64,000 nt of DNA, from positions 248,001 to 312,000 of the forward strand of contig JAQGDQ010002380.1 of assembly GCA_030141605.1 (NCBI GenBank). The letters are read 5' to 3'. A model generated the notes under the pieces. It searched no databases and had not been told where the DNA came from. It was given only the letters and a program-made list of their open reading frames with translations. Both the position numbers and the translations under genes were made by a program. Shown piece after piece: positions 53,301 to 64,000 of this stretch; positions within the stretch are counted from its first letter, which is position 1; every line of letters begins with the position of its first letter. Source of the DNA: Tubiluchus corallicola (Eukaryota > Animalia > Priapulida).

Positions 53301-53542
53301 AAATTGTATATATAAACTGAGTAGGCTATACAAATTCTGCTTAAGTAGGTTGGCTGAAATCTTACAATGTTCACTTTTTTCGTACTATGAAAAAATATTT
53401 TGTGACAGACAAAGTTATTTTTCATTTCAGTGTGTAGTTTATCTATGGGCGCTGAAACTGCTTTACCCTACCACATTATTCCTGCTAAGGGGAAACCATG
53501 AGTGTAGACACCTCACAGAGTATTTCACATTTAAAACAGAAT
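33360..53542 (+). CDS. PPP3CA: Calcineurin A (PP2B catalytic subunit), 5' part only (coding exons 1-4); the gene continues past the window end
   Basis: Exons 33360-33408 ([16 protein letters not shown]), 47129-47329 ([10 protein letters not shown]...EAPVT), 50605-50729 ([19 protein letters not shown]...[14 protein letters not shown]), 53431-53542 (CVVYLWALK...[18 protein letters not shown]). PPP signatures GDxHG, GDYVDRG and RGNHE are present. No further exon (expected KIKYS...) was recognised before 64000. Confidence 0.95.
35300..35440. repeat. (TA)n microsatellite cluster
   Basis: Read directly. Confidence 0.95.
36000..36725 (+). mobile_element. 3' end of a CR1-type LINE
   Basis: MCYKIVH...[15 protein letters not shown]-terminal motif, followed by a T-rich UTR and an AATAAATTAAATTAAA tail. 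Confidence 0.65.
39240..39780. repeat. Degenerate repeat with (GTCT)n tracts and an internal duplication, reminiscent of DINE-1/HINE-type elements
   Basis: CCGTCTGTCTGTCTGTCCGTC at 39245. The block ..GAGTAAT..AGGGCAT..TTCAA occurs at about 39290-39340 and again at about 39710-39760. Confidence 0.4.
43493..43889. mobile_element. hAT-like MITE with TTCGAA-rich subtermini (copy 1)
   Basis: TIR TAGGGGTGAGCAT ... ATGCTCACCCCTA; near-TSD GTGTTGGAA / GTGTGGAA; colinear with 56897-57286. Confidence 0.85.
44419..44760 (-). mobile_element. Tc1/mariner transposon relic with a transposase fragment
   Basis: TA|CAGGGTGTCTCAGAAATCAC terminal sequence; minus-strand peptide [21 protein letters not shown] resembles the FQQDGAPPH...VRDFLN catalytic segment. 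Confidence 0.65.
50128..50212. repeat. About 43-bp tandem duplication
   Basis: AACATATTAATTCACCTATTG(C/T)TTCTTATTTA..TTATCCTAA occurs twice. Confidence 0.9.
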
Positions 53543-53959
53543 GTAAGTTCACTTTTCTTGTTTGTGTGTATTGGTTTATGGGTAAATGTTCGGTAAATGT
53601 TGTTGTGAATGTTGTTCAATGCAATGTGATGTTTCAAACATTGGCTGCAAGTTTTACAGGAATGCACAGGTAACAATAGCAGATTGTATGCTTTTAAAAC
53701 TAACTATCTTCTAGATGATATATAACCTTTTATTAGTTGCTTCCAGTATTTCACGTTTGCATTATGACCGTTCAGTTCTGGCCATACGACTTGCCGTACG
53801 CGGAACTAATGTACTTCACCGCTCTACTGGCTGACTTTATAACAGCTGGATGAGTGAAGCATTTAACTGCTATAACCGGGATTATATTAGGCCTTTTTAG
53901 TTAGTTTTAACCTGTTGAGTAAGGTAGGTCATCGCTACTTTTCTCGCATTTGCACAATC

Positions 53960-55245
53960 AATCTTCTGCTAGCCACCAAGGACAAAATGTGCATATCATA
54001 CATTTGCTTGCTTCCAGCTGTCAGAGAAATAATGCGAAGACATGTATCGTACATTTCGCTGCCACCAATCACCAGACAAATATTGCCTTTCCTGCTCCCA
54101 ACCACCAGAGAAATAATGCTAAGGTGCATGTATCATGCATTGTCTTACTACCAATCACCAAGGAAATAATACCGAGGCACATGTAGTACATTTTTTGTTG
54201 TTCCGACCTCCTATATATGTCTCTCACTTCCCTGATGTCAATGACCAGAGAAATAATGCCATGACACACGTATTACGCATTGTCCTATTGCCAGCCAGCA
54301 AGGTAATAATTTAGAGATATCGCACATTTCTATGCTGCCACCTGCCAAAGAAATAATGCCGAGCCATATGTATCATGCTTATCATGCCAACCACCAGAGA
54401 TATAATTGCCAACCACCGAAATGAATGTATTATCCATTGCCCTGCTTTCAGCCACCACGGAAGTAATGCAGAGGCGTAATGCAAAATGCATTTCCCTGCT
54501 GCCAGCAACCAGGGTAATAATGTCAAGACACTCATACTATGAATTGCCCCACAGCCACCTACCAAGGAAATAATGTTGAGACATGTGTATCATGGATTTC
54601 CTTGCTGTCAGGTACCTGAGAAATAATGCTGAGACATATGCATCATGCACTTCCCTGCTGCCAGCCACTAGGATAATAGACACATACGTATCATCTGGAG
54701 AAGAAGGAAAGTCAATAAATTTGTTCTGGAGAAATGCCATTTTCCAACACCAAATCATATCTACTATTCTAGTAGGATAAGCTCAGTTTTGAGCATGTTA
54801 TTCCTGCAGATGACTCACTGCAAAAAGACATCTTGTTTGGTAAAGTCCAAGATAACAACTCCGGGTCTAGATCTGTTGAAGGACCTAGTTGAAGTGAGAT
54901 CACTGCAGGAGATGATGGAGCAAGCAAGAGATAGACATGTATGGAGAGAGAGAGAGATAGTCTGTGATGTCACCAGGGGTCGAATATGACCAACTAGAAA
55001 ATGATGATATGTATCGCACATTTCTCTGCTTCTAGTCACCAAGGAAACGTCGTCAAGAATGTGTCATGCTGTTTTTTTCTGCCAGCCACCAAGGACATAA
55101 TGCGGAGACGCACATGTCACTCATTTCCCCGGTGCCATTCGCTAAGGAAATGGTCCCGAGGTACATGTATCAGGCAATTCCTTCCTGCCAGCCAGCAGGG
55201 ACATAATGTAGAGACACATGTATTATGCATTTCTTTGCTGCAGAA
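53960..55245. repeat. Diverged tandem array with 53-bp period (roughly 18-20 units), interrupted at about 54695-54985
   Basis: Approximate unit GCCANCCACCAAGGAAATAATGCTGAGACACATGTATCATGCATTTCCCTGCT; unit starts at 54501, 54554, 54607, 54660 and at 55081, 55134, 55187. Confidence 0.85.
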
Positions 55246-56896
55246 TATCAAATTATTCAACTCATGGCTTTCCTGTAGATTTGTGAGCACTTTCGTAGTG
55301 TAATGTAAAAACAAGTTCTTGTATAGATGTGCAGATCCATTTTAGTTGCATACGAAAGAGTCGCCTTTGACAAAGTTAGACAGTGAAGATAAAGCGTGTC
55401 AGCCTAGGTAGTACATGTAAAAAAGCTGGTACAGTTACATGTGAACAGACAAAATGTGATTGTCTAACTGATGCCAAACTCAGTGAGTGCTACTAAGTTC
55501 TTTGCCTTATGATTGTTTATCTTTCGCATTTGACAGTTAAAGTTCAACAAATGAATGTGCAGAACACTATTTTAATTAGAAAAGAATTTTAAAGCATACT
55601 CTTTGTTATAAGATAATCACAATACCTTGAAAAAGTAAATTTTTTTGAAAATTCTGACAATTTTTTAACCCGAGACCAAATACATACTTGTATAAAATTA
55701 AACTGCCCTTTATAGAAATACTTAAATTGCTATACAGCAAATGTCAACATTCTTTGTTTTGTAGTCATTATTTCATTGTACATATCATTTAAGTACTTTT
55801 TGGATGGTAAAGACCAAATGTGAAATGTTGTGAATATCCTATTTAGATGGATGATGAGGGAATCTAGCTTTAATTATGAACAAAACCACAAATGCCCATT
55901 TTGATTCTTGACGTTTCGATAGCAAAACTTGTCCAAAGTGTAAAATCTGTAGGCAAAAATTTTTTTTAACATTTAAACATATAAAATTGATTTATAAAAA
56001 TACCTACAAACTTTCCAACATATTAGCAAAAATTCAAATAGCTACCATGTGCAACTAAACAAAAATTTAAGTGGCAAAGAAGTGCAGTACAACGTTCATG
56101 AAACACTTTTGATAAAAAATTATAACCTAGCCTCAATAATTAGATGTCATCTTGCCACTAAAACTCTTCTAACTCATTGACTGGTCCTCACTGACTGGCT
56201 ACCTCTAGTAGTTTGTCCATTTGCTAACTAAACTTGTGACTGCCTAGCTATCGTAGCTAAGAATGGACCAACACCACCCAGGGATTCTCACCATACTGTC
56301 CCGTCAGGATGGCAAATCGACCGAATAAGAGACAGATGCTCATCAACTATACATGTGCAGCATGGAAATTTCCCAATTGGAACTCTTGGGTAAATTAGTG
56401 CTGAAAGTTTCGACGAAATGTTCTGGTACTTCACGTCTGGAGACATCAGCCGGGATTTTTCAAGTACCTCTTACACTAATTGTGGTTGAAGATCCAAGAA
56501 TAACAGCCGTCTCTTGCGTGTGGCAAGTTTGTGCAATTTGTAGAATGAGTGCTGGTGTTTCGACTGTTCTTGCTACTTACTGGTGTTTTTTTTGCTCTGC
56601 TACAGTCAAGTTTACAAACAAATATGAGTAATGTGTAGCATTGCTAAACATATGTTTGCTAGAGTATTTTTCTACTATACTATGAACACATTTATGTTAT
56701 TACAGTAGTAAGTCATCTGGTGCTCTGTTTTTGAAAAGAAAACATTTTTATTCAAATCAGTAAACCTGGTCTTAAAGCAAAATTGATAGTACCCTTATAT
56801 GCTACACTTGTATTCCATACTTTTGCGGCTACTGAATTTTATTATTATTTAATTTTGTTCAGTTTTATTTATTATGACCATTCATATGGTTTTAAG

Positions 56897-57286
56897 TAGC
56901 AGTCTCTACCAGAAAGCAAATTCGAATCAAATTTGTCACTTTGGAATTCGAATGGAATCAAACTTTGGTATTTCGAATTCAAATTGAATTCGAATTGAGA
57001 TTGAAAGACTTTCGAACGCGTTTTCGAACCACCAACAAAAATTGTCTTACAAAGATCATAGTAAAAGACTTTTTCTGCAGCAAAACTTCTAATAATTTGT
57101 TTAAAAATTGTGCACAGAAATTTGAGCTAAATTACGCTAATTGCATAATGTTTCAAATGTTTTAATGATAAAGAACGCATGTGGTTGAAGTGCTGAATTA
57201 TTCGAATCTATAGTTTTAGCTTCAAATCAAATTCGAACTAAAAAAACTCGTTCGCATCGAATTCCAACGTTCGATTCTCGCCCCTA
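56897..57286. mobile_element. hAT-like MITE with TTCGAA-rich subtermini (copy 2)
   Basis: Aligns along its length to 43493-43889; perfect 8-bp TSD GTTTTAAG (56889-56896 and 57287-57294); left TIR partly deleted. Confidence 0.85.
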
Positions 57287-60200
57287 GTTTTAAGTGCAGG
57301 GTTCATTTCTGAAAGTGAACATAATGTCCTTATGTCCTCCATCTTTGATGGAGAGGAACTGATTGTTTTAATGGAAATGATCTTTTACAGACCTGCCCAT
57401 TGCCTAAAAAGGACCCGAATTAATGTTCTTCTTGTATTTGTTATACGTGATGCTGATAATAGTGATTAGAGTTGTGAATGCTTTAAGAAAAATCAGACTA
57501 AATTGCTTAATAAGGTCTGGTGACCTCTTAATTAAAAAGTATTATATTATGTATTATGTTTTTATATTATAAGTGTTTACAAGCACATCATTAAACTTAA
57601 ATGTCAACCATTAAGTATTGCTATTTCCCAAAAAGCTTTTGAAATGGTTACATTTGGTTAGTGCCTTTGATTCGAGAAAACTTGATAAGAAATTCTGCTT
57701 TCTCAAAAGCTCGCAAAATTAAATTAGTTCGAATTGGAGGCGGAATCCCAGTGGCTCTTCTCTCTGAGATTCATAATTGATAAGAACGTTTGAAATGTTC
57801 AGAAAAAGTCTGTTGCATCTGACACTGAAAGTCAGACTCGGGCGTTTGATGTCATCAGTCTTTTTTTTTTGTGAAAGAGTAAATAACCAACGCAGCCACA
57901 CATTGGTTATCAGTCACATAATAAAACCTAACAGTGACACCATGTCATTCTAATAATATAATAAAATGTAATATTTATAAAAAAAACTATTTATTGCATC
58001 TGTTATACAACAGCCAAATGATACATATTAAAAGTACACATTCTCACTTGGTTATATAATCAGTTTAAACATTTAACTGTTGTTAGCAACACTGTTAATA
58101 AGCATGATAAAAAACAATGTGAAGGGCCTACAGGTGAACTATTCAGGTAAATAGTGTTAATGTGTCAAGCATTAAATACGATAGTATATATACAGATTTA
58201 CAAATTTACCACTATGTACAAGATAAAAGTTTTAAAAATTTTGCAGCCGTTTACATGTTATAATTTACATAAGAATGTCATCGTCTACATTTATATGTGT
58301 ACCAAAGAATTTCGTGTGAACCTATTGTTGATTCGTGAGGAGTGTTCGGGACGTTTTCTCTTTTATTGTATGCAGATATATTTTATTTTAATGCACAAAG
58401 GCTGTTGAACCGGGCTGTGTTCACTTATCACTTATTTGCAAACCTGCTTGTGACCATATTTGTTGTTAGTTTTTATTTGCTTAATATTACTTGTTCTTGT
58501 ATTAGTTGTTTGTCGTTGATGAAGGGTAATGGATTGCTGTTGAAAGCTGGCGTGGATCGTTTATGTATTTGTAAAGGAATAGCAAATTTTGATATTTGAA
58601 GATAGATTCAACTGTAGGTATATTTAGCTAGGTATATGATACTGTGGCTCTCTGACTTCGTTGTGGTTTGTACTGGCTTCTCCAGCATTTCTCTGCAATC
58701 GTAATTCTTTCATTCCCGTGTCTTGCTTCCATCTTATGTGTCACTAATAATTTCCCATGTAATTTTTCAGACACTATTTTGTTCGCCTGACACAGTATAA
58801 GGAAACTTTTGTGCCTGTATAATTTTAATGTATGAGAAATGTAAATGCAAATTGCGTAACGGATGTATATTAAATTTGGGTATACATTTTAATTTAATTT
58901 AATCGGTATATATTTTTTCGACCCTTAATACTGCAGGTATTAATGTTTGTAATACAATATTTGTGTTTTATGCGATTTGGTAAATTCATACAAATGTAGT
59001 TCTAGACTGATGGTCACTCATCTTCATCTTCAAATCTTTGAATTTTCTACTACACTGTACTTTTGTATACATTAGTTTTACTATGTATGAGCAATATAAC
59101 GTGGCTTGTTCGTTATTTTTGCACATTTTGTCGTATCGTATTTTGGACACAAATCAGAAAATGTCACAACACAACACATAAATCAGTTGAGACAATAAAT
59201 TGTTTTTGTATATCAAACTAGTTAGTTTTGTAGTCCTAATTTCAAGATTGTGAATTGTTTAAATGTTGAAACTAACATTAACCAAAAGTATAGAAATGTG
59301 AAGCAGTCTACTAAACATTGTTCTGAACTTGTAATCCACAGTTTTATGATCCAAATCCTTTTTACATTCACTCACTTTTGATCAAGTTTCGTTTTAGATT
59401 TTCAATAATAATGGGTTTTCACCCTCAATTACAAACAAGTTATTGCATAAATGTATTTGCTATATTTCCCTCTGTATATGTTAAGATTTCATTTTTGATG
59501 TGTGTAGTTGCATTTAAACTTTTAATCGCATTTAACCTTGACGCTATTATTTTATTCTCTCCAGCCGAACTTCACCTTTATTGCCTTGGATTAGGAAATC
59601 TTACCAGTTGCCATTGGTAATCCAAGTCATCATAGCTTTCTGTATATTTTTGCAGAGCAATCTAGTGATATTTATATCTTCAAAGATTCTAGGACAATAA
59701 AGCCTAAGTGTGAATTCATGTAGGGTATACATGTAATACCTTTGTTGCTATATCTTTTCCATCAATTTTTGTTTTTCTGGACTGTGAGGTTAGCAGGGTG
59801 TGTAACTTGGTGCCTAATAATTGTTTCCAGTTTTATGTTATCATGTTCACTGATCATAAAATTTTCATTTCTGTAAAAGTAGAAGTTGCATAACTTATTC
59901 TTAATGGATATAATACCTTTGCTGCTACTATTGTTTTGTAAATAAACATCTTGTTGTTCATTTTATGCTTTCACATAATTATGCAAATACTTGAGCAGCC
60001 GTATGAGAGCACACAAAATTAAATTAAATTGCTAAGATGATTCTTATGTTGCATTAACAACGTGAAAAGCTGTGTTAGTCTTAAATTACGTTACAAATAG
60101 CAGTGTGCGACCGAGACTCTGCTTAGCAAAAATTGGCGTGTCTATTTCACATGTCGCTCTATGCTAACATTGAACATCCATTTCCATTCTCATTCCTCAG

Positions 60201-61525
60201 TTTTCCAGAAGTCTGGCATTGAATGTGCTTAACGAGGCTTTGCTTAACCAATGTCACGAAAGTGGCCTACATTTTGTGGACAATTTCCTGCTAATCAGTT
60301 TAGCTAATAACGGGCGGTTTCAAGGCCTCTCTTGTCCACTTCGCCTAACAGACATCATGCACATTGTGCCATGATCAATAGCCTGACCATTGAAGCGGTA
60401 ATGTTATTGATTGTTGTTATCGGCTTCATTGGCACTCTGTTCTTGGTTTCTGCGTTTAGCCATGCAGGTCATCCATTTTTATGTCTATGGCAGCAGTTAC
60501 ATGTTTGAGTTACAGTGCCAGATGATTCCTATCTGTTAATTATTTCCGCAATGAGAGTTTGTGGCATTTCATTGCTTTAATACTTTCTTTGCATTTAACT
60601 ACGAGTAATAATTATTTGTTCAAGTCTGTAAATTACTCTAAATTCATCATATTTCACCATCGCATCACAGCTTTATTTCTTTATAGTCAGTAGGATTCTT
60701 GTCAAGTTTTTATTTCACTGACAGACAGTTCTGTGTAAATTTTGTCTACTTTAATTTGCATACCTCAGTTTCACATCAAAAATTTAACACATTACCTATG
60801 GAATGAACTGAGTAAAATTTAATTTTTTCCCCATCAAAATTACAAGTCTTCAACAATTAACCCCGAATTAATTTTTTCTCCACACAATTACCACATCCAG
60901 ATATTTGCACAAATACACAGGTAAAAATAAATGCTAATGACAGTGAGTGAAGAAAGTGATGGGTTGTTGAGAGACTATTAGACAAGCTGTGGAGAAATGG
61001 CATAGCGTCATATCTAGGTGTCTTGACCACTATTGAAAAACGATTAGTGCTGATTTACTTATAAGTCTTCCTGTTGAGTAAATTAAATACCCCTCCTCCC
61101 CCCTTTCTTTGAATGCGTAGATTCTTGTGTAGTCATTATAGGTAGTGAACGTTCCCTTGAAAAATTCATGCAGCTTTTAGGCCACAATGTGTACTTCACG
61201 GAGAATCTGTGTTTCATCGATCAGCTCCAAATGTACGTCGGTTGTATTTCTAGCTCACATCGACCTGTAATGAACCGCCAACAAAGCCACTGAAAGGAGT
61301 CCGGGTCATAACGTCCCTGGTTTTGTGCCAAACTTTTCGTTCCAAGACCAAAAAGACCAATGAATGTCCACAGTGCAGTCAGGCAGTCGGTTACAAAATC
61401 AGCCAGTCGGTCACTTGCTTAACCAGCCTGTTAGTCAAGCCAACCGTGCTTTAACACACTGAGTGAATTTTACCAAGCAGGTTTTACACCAAACAAAAAA
61501 ATTCTGGAATCCCGAATGCTTATTA

Positions 61526-61848
61526 ATAGTCATACTACACCCACCGCTGAACGGGCTATCTATCCATACCCAGTACCCCCCTCGGCCCGTTCCCGTTCTC
61601 TACATCTCAGCCGTATAACTTTTGCAATTTTTTGCAAAAAACGGTCGAAAAAGGGGCATTTTTGGAGGTTTTTCGCCTCCCCTTTCTCCCGGTGGGCCCG
61701 ATTCGAAAAATAAACGATCAATGAGAAGACACTAGATCGAGACCTTTCGTTTGATATATAGATCGCCGCAAATGGTGCCCTCGTCCGGGCTGTAGCCTCG
61801 AATCTTATATATATATATATACCAAGAATATTAATATAAGAGTATAGA
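61526..61848 (-). mobile_element. Possible non-autonomous Helitron-like element
   Basis: The minus strand begins A|TCTATACTCTTATATTAATA and ends with a GC-rich weak hairpin (GCCCGTTCAGCGGTGGGT) about 10 nt before CTAT|T (degenerate CTRR). Confidence 0.4.
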
Positions 61849-63651
61849 TACTGCATATATCCTCCTGTTTTATACACTCAAGACATCACTTTCGTTCGCA
61901 AAACGTAGTCCTCTACTCATAAATGCTATCTCCTCCTCATACATAATGTAATAAATGGCACACGCACATGTTATGTGAATTTCGACTGTGTGCAAAGCTG
62001 AGAGGGCGATCGTTATTCCGCAAAAGTACAGCTTCCCCGGAGCAGCGTATCTGTCAGTATCTCCACTCGGTCGTTATGGCTTAATGGCTTCCCATTTGTT
62101 TCTCTATGGTCCCAGTGGGCCCTGAAAACCACTCTCAATTTGGAAAAAGCTCGAAAACTCTTTTAATAAAACATCCAGCCATTGTCTTCAACCCGGGCAG
62201 TCGCCATATGTCGTCCCCCTGGTGTGCAATGCGCATTCTTAATAGGGAATATCGTTCTCAAGCATTATGACATTAAACTGTCGTACCTCATTGGAAATAC
62301 TGCAGTTTGCCTTTTTCAGTCAGTGCGACGCTTGTAACAGTTGTCAAAATATTGATATTCGTGTAACTACAGCCTGTACTAAGTGCCACTAATTGAACTT
62401 TTATTGGTCGCATTAATGACTATAATCCGGGGTTTTCATTAGTGAACAATGAATAGGTCTCCCATTACCATGTCGTTATCACTAATGCTGTGTGGTGATG
62501 CTGCTAAACGGCGCTGGCTTCCCCAGCCTTGTTTACATATAATGTCAGCCGAAACTTCCAACTTTCTGATTTAGTAAACTGCATGCAAAATTTTTAATAT
62601 CCTCGATGCCGGGATGTTTGCTGGATTTATATTGTAGCGAGTTTAGTTTATTGTTAATTTCTTCCATGTAAGACTCTTCTGTTTTCTTGAATTTTGTGAA
62701 ATTCTGTGTTTTACATTCGAAGGCCTGTGGGAGTCTGGAATTGCAGAAATGTAGATTTTTCCGGAGTCGTGAAAACTCGTAAGCGCATTATTTTCCGCTT
62801 TTCCAAAAATCATAAATTGCCGTAGGGATATAGAAAAGAATTTTTCTTGACGTGACTTAAAGTTTTCTAAACCTGTTTGAAACAAATACGGGTATCATGT
62901 AATGTTTTTATCACATTTGTTCAGTATAGATAACTAGGTAAATCTCCAAATTCTGACAGCTACATCCAACAGTACCAAAATCATGCAAATGTTTAAATTT
63001 TATAAGACCCTAATAAACACAAACATTTCACTTTTACAATGACCGCCCGACATTTCTGCTTTTACGACCTTTTTGCGGGCTCTCAGCCGTTCATATACGC
63101 CCACACGTCCTCTAGTTTTGAATTAGGTGGTATTCACATTTATTCAGCATTTCTACTTGCACTCACACTATTAGTAGAGGTAAAATCCAGTGTTTAATGA
63201 AGACCAAATCTTACACGCAATACTAAGCATACGTACTTAAGTTTATACAATAGACCGGTGGGATTGACGTATGATTGAACGTGGTCTCTGTTGTGGTGGT
63301 ATGTAATTCCACCTCTGGACTAACATTGTAAAATACATACTTTACTTATGTAAAGTGTATTCGAAATAAAATGATGTTAATAATAATAATAATACCGATG
63401 AAAATAAATTTGTGAACTTTCTTAGGATCTTTACGAAGGTTTTAACCCTTTCGGATAGCCATTCATTTGACATTAAAATGAAAATGATTTCTACTGTAGT
63501 ATTGCGTGCCCGTTTCTAGGACCAAATGGCGAGTACGGAAGAAAAGAAGTAACTGACTCTTTTAGCTCAGAATATTTTTTGAATTATTATCATCTTATAC
63601 GAGATACAGATTTGTAATGCAACAATTTTTTCTAAAAATTTTGTCATAACG

Positions 63652-63830
63652 CTCTCTCTCTCTCTCTCTCGCTCTCTCTCTCTCTCTCCTCTCCTCTCCT
63701 CTCCCCTCCCCTCCCCTCTCCTCTCCTCTCCTCTCCTCTCCTCTCCTCTCCTCTCCCCTCCCCTCCCCTCCCCTCCCCTCCCCCTTCTCTCTCTCACTCT
63801 ATCTATCTCTCTTTGTCTCTCTCTCCCTCT
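63652..63830. repeat. (CT)n/(CCTCT)n/(CCCCT)n polypyrimidine microsatellite
   Basis: Read directly; it explains the Arg/Glu/Gly-rich ORF 63567-63797. Confidence 0.97.
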
Positions 63831-64000
63831 TGCTCGCTTCCTTTTTCCCCTTGTTCCTGAATTTCGTTTTCACTTTGCTCTTCCCATCTTCCTCATATTT
63901 TCAGCAGTTATAGGAAACAATAAACTTGCGACATTAACGCTCTTTGCCTGCAACGCTGATTGCGTGCGTTGACGAGTCTATTTTATTTGGACAACATGCT

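Noticed and set aside
53960-55245. CRISPR-like array or repeat-protein exon
   Set aside because: Variation is spread over the whole unit with no identical-repeat/unique-spacer structure, there are no cas genes, and the context is a eukaryotic intron. The 53-bp period is not a multiple of 3 and the ORFs are short in all frames.
56300-56630. Coding-like stretch in calcineurin intron 4
   Set aside because: No phosphatase similarity on the plus strand, an internal stop on the minus strand, and no recognisable family.
60915-60945. Calcineurin exon 5 candidate (CAG|GTAAAAATAAA)
   Set aside because: In-frame stop after four codons, no polypyrimidine tract, and no KIKYS-like continuation.
63567-63797. 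Arg/Glu/Gly-rich ORF
   Set aside because: Translation of a CT-rich microsatellite.

Overview
AT-rich, intron-containing animal (probably invertebrate) genomic DNA; no prokaryotic operons or CRISPR arrays are visible. Four spliced protein-coding genes can be reconstructed by hand with consistent splice phases, arranged as two head-to-head pairs. (1) An MTA-family NuRD subunit (- strand, 12 coding exons, 1742-16334, about 737 aa, with a GC-AG first coding intron and an extra C2H2 finger) is divergent from (2) an uncharacterised gene for an acidic N-terminus + transmembrane helix + SRPBCC/START-like domain protein (+, 17144-21671). (3) A PBLD/PhzF-like gene (-, 25119-32878) is divergent from (4) the first four coding exons of calcineurin A (+, from 33360, continuing beyond the window). 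Introns carry Tc1/pogo- and hAT-type MITEs, CR1-type LINE relics, a 5S rRNA-headed SINE nested in a MITE, and microsatellites. The least explained elements are a diverged 53-bp-period array of hairpin-forming units in calcineurin intron 4 (about 53960-55245) and a structured island in MTA intron 8 (about 5640-5900). All calls come from manual reading; no database searches were run.
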